Below are positions 58,464 through 64,000 of a stretch of 64,000 nt of DNA, piece by piece (position 1 is the stretch's first letter; the number at the start of each line of letters is the position of its first letter). The position numbers were made by a program, and so were the translations under genes. Below the pieces are notes generated by a model. The model was not told where the DNA came from and ran no database searches. It saw only the letters and a list, made by a program, of their open reading frames with translations. The DNA comes from an uncultured delta proteobacterium (lineage in GTDB: Bacteria > Desulfobacterota > Desulfobacteria > Desulfobacterales > B30-G6). The stretch covers positions 288,001-352,000 of the forward strand of contig CAWGLD010000001.1 in assembly GCA_963823335.1 (NCBI GenBank). The letters run 5' to 3'.

Positions 58464-59849
58464 ATGGACATATCAAAATACTGGAAAACCATCGTCGACA
58501 CCCTTCAGGATGGCGTCATGGTCGTGGACCCCGGCGGGAAGGTGTTGTCTGTAAACCCGGCCGCAGAACAACTGACCGGTTACATGGCCGAAGAGTTGAT
58601 CGGCAGATCCTGTCGTGTTCTGGACTGTAGCGGGTGTGAAATCATCGATCAGGGTAAAGGAGAGAAATGGTGCGGTCTTTTCCTGAAAGGGAACGTCAAA
58701 GCCAAAAAGTGTTTGATTACCAACAAAGACCACCGATCGATAAATATCATAAAAAATGCAACCATCCTTTATGACCAAGACAGAACCATCATTGGCGCTG
58801 TGGAGACACTGACCGACATGTCTACCCTGGTATCCCAGCGATTTGAAATTTCACAACTGCGCAAAAGCCTGCATCTAGACGAGGGATTTCACGGTTTGAT
58901 CGGAAAATCGCCTGTCATGCAAAACCTCTTCGAACTCATTGAAAATGTCGCCCTGACAGAGGCGCCCGTGATTATAAGTGGCCCAAGCGGCACCGGCAAA
59001 GAACTGGTGGCCCGCGCCATTCACGAAGCCAGCGATCGAAAAGAAGAGCCTTTTGTCAAGGTGAATTGTTCGGCCTTGAATGAAAACCTGCTGGAAAGCG
59101 AATTGTTCGGTCATGTCAGGGGCGCATATTCGGGCGCTGAAAAAAGCAGAATCGGTCGTTTTGAAGCTGCCCACGGCGGCACCATCTTTCTGGATGAAAT
59201 CGGTGATATCAGTCCGACCATCCAGGTCAAGCTGTTGCGAACTCTGGAGGAGAAGGAAATCGAGAGGGTCGGTGACAACCAGCCCATAAAGGTTGATGTA
59301 AGGGTACTCTCGGCAACCAACAAGAACCTGGAGTCGCTGGTGAACCAGAATCGTTTTCGGGATGATCTGTATTTCCGTATCAACGTGTTTCCCATCAACT
59401 GTCCGCCACTCAAGGAACATGTAACGGATATTCCCATTCTCGTGCAGAATTTCATCCGGCTCAACAACCAGAAGAGCGGCAAAACAATCCTGGGCATGAC
59501 ACCGGAGGCCATCGAAAAAATTACTGCCTACGAATGGCCCGGAAATGTCCGCGAGCTGCGCAATGCCATCGAATATGCCTTTGTTCTTTGCTCCAGTGGC
59601 GGAATCGGGGTCAATCATCTGCCACCAAAAATCGCCGGCACTTCACTGGAATGTGTCGCACCTGAAACAAAGAGTGATCGCCCGGGAAAGAAAATAGACG
59701 CATCCAAAAAAAGCGCTCTGATCAAGGCCCTTCGCCAGGCACATGGCAATCGGTCCGAAACTGCCCGCCTTCTGGGTGTCAGCCGGGTGACGGTCTGGAA
59801 ACAGATCAAAAAATTCAAGATCGATTTGTTCAAAGACCTGGCCACGTAA
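58464..59849 (+). CDS. PAS-domain sigma-54-dependent transcriptional activator (Fis-type HTH)
   Basis: Cys-rich PAS domain; GPSGTGKE, ESELFGH, GAYSGA (GAFTGA variant), FLDEIG and WPGNVREL; C-terminal HTH. Confidence 0.93.
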   Translation: MDISKYWKTIVDTLQDGVMVVDPGGKVLSVNPAAEQLTGYMAEELIGRSCRVLDCSGCEIIDQGKGEKWCGLFLKGNVKAKKCLITNKDHRSINIIKNATILYDQDRTIIGAVETLTDMSTLVSQRFEISQLRKSLHLDEGFHGLIGKSPVMQNLFELIENVALTEAPVIISGPSGTGKELVARAIHEASDRKEEPFVKVNCSALNENLLESELFGHVRGAYSGAEKSRIGRFEAAHGGTIFLDEIGDISPTIQVKLLRTLEEKEIERVGDNQPIKVDVRVLSATNKNLESLVNQNRFRDDLYFRINVFPINCPPLKEHVTDIPILVQNFIRLNNQKSGKTILGMTPEAIEKITAYEWPGNVRELRNAIEYAFVLCSSGGIGVNHLPPKIAGTSLECVAPETKSDRPGKKIDASKKSALIKALRQAHGNRSETARLLGVSRVTVWKQIKKFKIDLFKDLAT

Positions 59850-59853
59850 GATG

Positions 59854-60174
59854 TCATTGTGCTCGGAACAGCTTCTTGAAAAAACCTTTGTTCTCAGGTT
59901 CAGGCAGAGGTAAATCCAGCTGTTTGCAGATTTCTGTTTCTACTTCGAATTGGCCGATGTCCAATCCTTCTACGACAATTTCGTCCCCTACCATTACTGC
60001 CGGTGCTACGGGAAGTTCTAACTCAAAATACTCGTCGGTGATGTACGCTGCTTTTGGCTTGGATATGGTTTCAATCTCAATTTCGTATTTTTCACCCAGA
60101 CCGGGCATCATCTTTTTAAAATGTTTTCATGGCTTGCCATTGGGCTCATTTAGAAAAAACCGGACTTTCAGCAT
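59854..60174 (-). CDS. tsoC: small NEPxGxxU-motif predicted selenoprotein (U16), thioredoxin-like; 106 aa
   Basis: AGGAGG RBS then ATG 60174: MLKVRFFLNEPNGKP-TGA(60127-60129)-KHFKKMMPGLG, in frame with track ORF 59854-60111; hairpin GCCC-GGTCT-GGGT at 60094-60106. Symbol from recall of a family name, not from a search. Confidence 0.8.
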
Positions 60175-60291
60175 TTTTTGCCTCCTGTTTTGCAATACGA
60201 ATAAAGCCGTTAATATTTTGACACGATGCGTTATGACCTTTAAGATTCTTCTCCCAAGCAGTTGGGAAAAAGGGTTCAAGGGGCCCAGGAT

Positions 60292-62040
60292 TCAAGGGTT
60301 CAAGTGTTTGTTTTCCAAGGAAACCATTATCTTTAAAAATTCATTTGGTTCTATATAATCTACCACCCGCAAATCATTTCGCTCACGGCCTGAGGGGTCC
60401 AGGAATACGACCGTTGGAACACCTTTGACCTTGTATTTACGTAACAGGTGGTCATAACTTTGACGGTCCTTTTTAGTAAGATCCACTTTCACCATGACAA
60501 ATTCCTCTTGAGAAAGCTTGACGATATCCGGATGATGAAATGTAATCTGGTCCAACTCCCGGCATGGCGCACACCAATCAGCATAAAAATCGATGATCAC
60601 CGGTTTATTATTTTCTGCTGATTCCGCCAAAAGCCGGTCCGAATAATTGTGCCAGTAGACAGACGGTCCTTTGACCATTTGGTTGCCGATCAGAACGATT
60701 CCCATCACCAGGCAAACGGTGCCAATGATAGATTTTATCCAGGCAAACGAACGGAAAGTCGCTGCGCTTTTATCCAGCCATCCCAGATGAACACCGGCTG
60801 TAATGACAATGGTGGCAAGGATATATTTCTGTAGGACCCATGGCAGAATTGGCCGGATAAAGTAGGCGGCCATCCCGATGAGTACCCATCCCATGAGCCG
60901 TCGCACCCAATTCATCCATTCGCCGGATTTTGGCAGCTTTGCCAGTTGACCTGAAAACAATGCCAGGACAAACAAAGGTGTGCCCAATCCCAGGCTTAAA
61001 ATGAAAAAAATGACAAATCCAACCAGCGGGTCGCCAATTGCTGCAACCCAGGTCAGAAGCCCCAGCACGAAAGGACCGATACATGGTGCAGCCACCACAC
61101 CCAAGGTTATCCCCATGAAAAAGGAGCCAAAAAATCCCGTGTAGGATTTGGAGGCTGCCTGGGTCAGCCAAAAGGGAAGCCTAAGTTCCCAAAATCCGAA
61201 AAGACTCATGGCAAAGGCAGTCATCACTGATGCGATCGCAATCAGCACCAGAGGGTTTTGAAGTAATGCACCGATTAAACCTCCTGTGAGAGCTGCGATT
61301 ACACCCAGTAACGAGTTGGTTAGTGCCAATCCCCCAATGTAGCAGATACCGTGTCCGATAAGTCCCCGTTTACCCTGAGTGCTTCTTCCACCGAAATATG
61401 AGACTGTGATGGGGATCAGGGGATAGACACAAGGTGTGAGGTTCAACGCAAGACCACCGGCGAAGACACCCAACAGCGTCCATAGAAGTGCCCAACCAGA
61501 TAAGGAGAGATTCGATTCGGAAGGGGTCGTTTTTGATAACGGGTTCAATTTGCCCTGGGCGACCGGAAACCCTTTTGATTGCCAATGAGGATATCCTTCT
61601 GGATAGCGATATACATTTTGATACCCTAATTCTACGGCTACCCGAGCCGCCGAGTCGCTGCGGACTCAAGCCAGGCCCGCTCAGTAAAAAACAATCGTTT
61701 TTTCCTTATCTGGCCCAAGAAACGCTTTCAATTCCCCTTTTTTCTGCCATCTTGCCCACCACGTAGGTTCAATGGGGAAATTTACACTCTCGGCTATGTG
61801 GCCGGCACGGTGCTCCCATTCCTGGCGTGTGTCTACCAGCAGGATCTTTTCCTGATTTGACGGATACAGTTTCGACAGCGCATCAACATCTATCAGCCGA
61901 TAGCCACCGTTTTCGGCCTCCTGTTCAACTTGTGCCATGTTCGATACCACTATTGGCACCGGCAAATTGGAGTACCAGAGGACCAACACGGTAATTGAGA
62001 CGGCTAAGCATGGCAGAAGGATGGATCGAAAAATTTTCAT
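60292..62040 (-). CDS. tsoB: rhodanese-DsbD-thioredoxin fusion with two predicted selenocysteines (U120, U125); 582 aa
   Basis: Track ORFs 61681-62040 and 60292-61548 are in one frame via IVFY-U-AGLA-U-VRSDSAARVAVELGYQNVYRYPEGYPHW; DsbD motifs LTPCVYP, APC and WCAPC. Symbol from recall, not from a search. Confidence 0.85.
61635..61667 (-). promoter_or_regulatory. tandem SECIS-like hairpins for U120 and U125
   Basis: GAGTC-CGCAGC-GACTC (61652-61667) and CGGCT-CGGGT-AGCCG (61635-61649; 21 nt separate the second UGA from the loop). Confidence 0.55.
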
Positions 62041-62741
62041 CGGATTGTTCCTCCGCTCTCAGACAATTTCTCTTCCCCCTCAGATACCGCAAATCCCATT
62101 GCCCGCCAATCCTGGATTCCTTCTTCAAGGCGAACGGCATTGAAACCTCTTTTTCTTAGCATTTCTACGGCCTGGACAGCCAAGACACAATACGGTCCCC
62201 GGCAATATGCGACAATTTCCTGATCCTTAGGAAGTTTAGAAAATAATTCTTCAAGATGTCTCAGCGGTACAGATAAGGCCCCAGGGATGTGGCCCGCGTG
62301 ATATTCCGATTCCGGCCGAACATCAAGAACTGTTGCGGAGCCATTTTTTACACGCTGCAAAAGATCTTTTCTATCAACTGGTTCCATGCTTTCTTTACCT
62401 TCCAAAAAACGACGATTGATCATCTCGACCTCTGCCAATCGGTTTTCAGCCAATACGCGCATGGATCTGAAGAACTCACAAACCATTTGATCCGCAAGAC
62501 GGTACGTGACATACAGGCCTTCTTTCTCCGCTTCAATCAGGCGGGCCGCTCGAAGAACCTGAAGGTGCTGGGAGGTGTTGGCCGGGGTCAAACCGGTTTC
62601 TTGAGTTAAGGTTTCAACGGTTTTTTCACCCTGACAGAGAAGGTCAAGCAACTCCAGGCGTTTCGGGCTGGAAACGGCTTTACCAATTCTTGAGAATTGC
62701 TCATATATGGCATCCTTGAATTTTCTGTTTGGACTTTTCAT
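62037..62741 (-). CDS. ArsR/SmtB regulator fused to a rhodanese domain
   Basis: PKRLELLDLL and SQHLQVL; DVRPESEY..GHIPGA and YCRGPYC; start at ATG 62741. Confidence 0.93.
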   Translation of the reverse strand: MKSPNRKFKDAIYEQFSRIGKAVSSPKRLELLDLLCQGEKTVETLTQETGLTPANTSQHLQVLRAARLIEAEKEGLYVTYRLADQMVCEFFRSMRVLAENRLAEVEMINRRFLEGKESMEPVDRKDLLQRVKNGSATVLDVRPESEYHAGHIPGALSVPLRHLEELFSKLPKDQEIVAYCRGPYCVLAVQAVEMLRKRGFNAVRLEEGIQDWRAMGFAVSEGEEKLSESGGTIR

Positions 62742-62750
62742 GACCGCTCC

Positions 62751-62803
62751 TCTACTATTCAATTAATATATTGAATAGTAGATTTAAAACTGAACACTGT
62801 CAA
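62751..62803 (-). promoter_or_regulatory. sigma-70 promoter overlapped by an ArsR-type operator palindrome
   Basis: TTGACA (62798-62803), 17-nt spacer, TACTAT (62775-62780); perfect 13-6-13 inverted repeat TCTACTATTCAAT/ATTGAATAGTAGA at 62751-62782. Confidence 0.85.
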
Positions 62804-62965
62804 TGTTTTCTTATGTATCAAGTTTTGGAGGATAAATGGTGGATGGAAATTCTGGTGGGTTTACATTTGCTATCAGCTATCTGCTGTGGGCTAATTGTTG
62901 CTTCACTTGAATCCTGGAACCCCTCGAGTATCAGTTTTATTTTTTCACTGATCGTCTGATGGCCC

Positions 62966-63058
62966 TACCCGGATAAACGCTATGTATCGCTGGAAGCACT
63001 GGATATTCGCGATTTTGCCCGTGACGATCCACGCGGATTTTTAGCCGAGCATGCCGAT
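62966..63058 (+). pseudogene. short remnant resembling an AAA_14/DUF4143-type ATPase
   Basis: Translates as YPDKRYVSLEALDIRDFARDDPRGFLAEHAD, with no start and no full ORF. Confidence 0.45.
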
Positions 63059-63101
63059 TGGAAACATTCCAAATCTGTCCGCTCCTTAAGACGCATTTCA
63101 C

Positions 63102-63398
63102 TTAAGGGCTCTTCTTTATGGGTTTGCCTGGACAAACACCTTTAAGCACTCTTGAGTCCCTCACCACAACGGTTCCGGTGACCACCACAAAGGGAATGCC
63201 ACTGGAAGGCAGTCCGCCGTCTTTCATGGTCGCGTTGTCTTTGACGGTTTTCGAGTCAAAGACGGTGATATCGGCGTCTGTACCGACCTGGATGCGGCCT
63301 TTATGTGCCATCTGATCTACACCATTGTACTGGAGAAACTGGGCAATGAGATAGGTCATTTTCGAAACGCCATCCATGAGGGGGATGTCTACTTTCTT
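63102..63398 (-). pseudogene. C-terminal fragment of an amidohydrolase (D-aminoacylase-like)
   Basis: KGRIQVGTDADITVFD...VVVTG.VVV...PG; an in-frame stop lies just upstream and the catalytic barrel is absent. Confidence 0.7.
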
Positions 63399-63413
63399 TT
63401 ACAGCACCATCAA

Positions 63414-64000
63414 TTAAAACCGAAATCCCTTCCAGATAAAATACATACCCATTACCATCATCAAAACAGCACCGATCTGGTATACTTTTTCGCGCTGCCG
63501 CAACCAACGCAGATCCGTGAGTCTCGACACCAGAAAAAGCGCCGGCATGGTGCCGAAACCAAAACAGAGCATGAGACCCGCCCCGGAAAACACACCGCCC
63601 AGAGTGGTGTCTGCCTCCATTCCTGAGCGTGCAGCCGCAAGCAGGGCGGTATAAACCGGCCCGCAGGGCAGCAGCCCGAGAAGCAGTCCGAGAGGTAGAT
63701 ACATCAGGGGATGCTTCTTTTTCTGCAGCAGCTTTTTAAAAGCCCCGCTGATGAAGGTGCCAACCGGGGGCGCCGCCCGGAAGATGATACCGCTTGGCAC
63801 CCAGCCGGTCATTGCCAGACCCATCAGGATGATAAGGACACCCGCAGCCACCATGACCCCTTTTTGCAAACCATCGATACTTTCTGCAAAACGGGTGAAG
63901 GAGGCCATGCCACCTACGATTGCACCCAGGAGACCATAGGTCAGGGTTCGGCCGGTAGTGTAAAACAGATGGGGCCAGACCGATGGAGCACCCTTTAAAT
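63414..64000 (-). CDS. DsbD_2 / TauE-SafE-like membrane protein (5' end outside the window)
   Basis: Frame open to the window edge: HLFYTTGRTLTYGLLGA...GLLPCGPVY...FGFGTMP. Confidence 0.85.
   Translation of the reverse strand, partial: LKGAPSVWPHLFYTTGRTLTYGLLGAIVGGMASFTRFAESIDGLQKGVMVAAGVLIILMGLAMTGWVPSGIIFRAAPPVGTFISGAFKKLLQKKKHPLMYLPLGLLLGLLPCGPVYTALLAAARSGMEADTTLGGVFSGAGLMLCFGFGTMPALFLVSRLTDLRWLRQREKVYQIGAVLMMVMGMYFIWKGFRF

Noticed and set aside
55722-59856. Terminal TGA codons at 55722, 57948 and 59854 as further Sec sites
   Set aside because: Each falls at a natural domain end and another in-frame stop follows within a few codons.
55722-62040. Reading the split rhodanese and DsbD ORFs as pseudogenes or separate genes
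   Set aside because: All breaks are in-frame TGA, those in rhodanese domains fall at equivalent Cys positions, there are no frameshifts or TAA/TAG, and hairpins follow them.

Overview
This 64 kb window has no rRNA, tRNA, CRISPR array or intact transposase. Gene content and repeat style suggest an anaerobic Desulfobacterota (Desulfobacterales-like) genome, which is an inference. From left to right there are four blocks. (1) 1-16.8 kb: a glycan-modification operon (GSCFA protein, acyltransferase, two glycosyltransferases, histidine phosphatase, deacetylase) divergent from an uncharacterised membrane system (FtsX permease, LolD-type ATPase, 1639-aa M28-like/FtsX fusion, two OPT-like polytopic proteins). 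(2) 16.9-24.7 kb: small genes, a MoxR/DUF58/DUF4129 trio, MITE-like elements and a solute-binding protein. (3) 24.8-50.3 kb: an oxygen-respiration block with cydDC, cydAB under an Rrf2 regulator, a rearranged alternative complex III interleaved with a cbb3-type oxidase and CcoI, then ubiG, ubiE, a 2-deoxy-scyllo-inosose-synthase-like cyclase and a TIM-barrel isomerase/dehydratase. (4) 52-64 kb: a sulfur/selenium redox region with an octaheme tetrathionate-reductase-family cytochrome, cytochrome b, DsrE/H-like proteins, a sigma-54 activator and an ArsR-rhodanese regulator. The ORF track splits or truncates three genes there at five in-frame UGA codons, each followed by a SECIS-like hairpin. Read through, they give a triple-rhodanese lipoprotein (two CxxxxU motifs), a rhodanese-DsbD fusion (UxxxxU) and a small NEPxGxxU protein. 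Also seen are a candidate sigma-54 sRNA with an anti-Shine-Dalgarno tract, an 18-nt-period array of GNA mini-hairpins and several structured repeat families. Product calls rest on motif recognition only; no searches were run.
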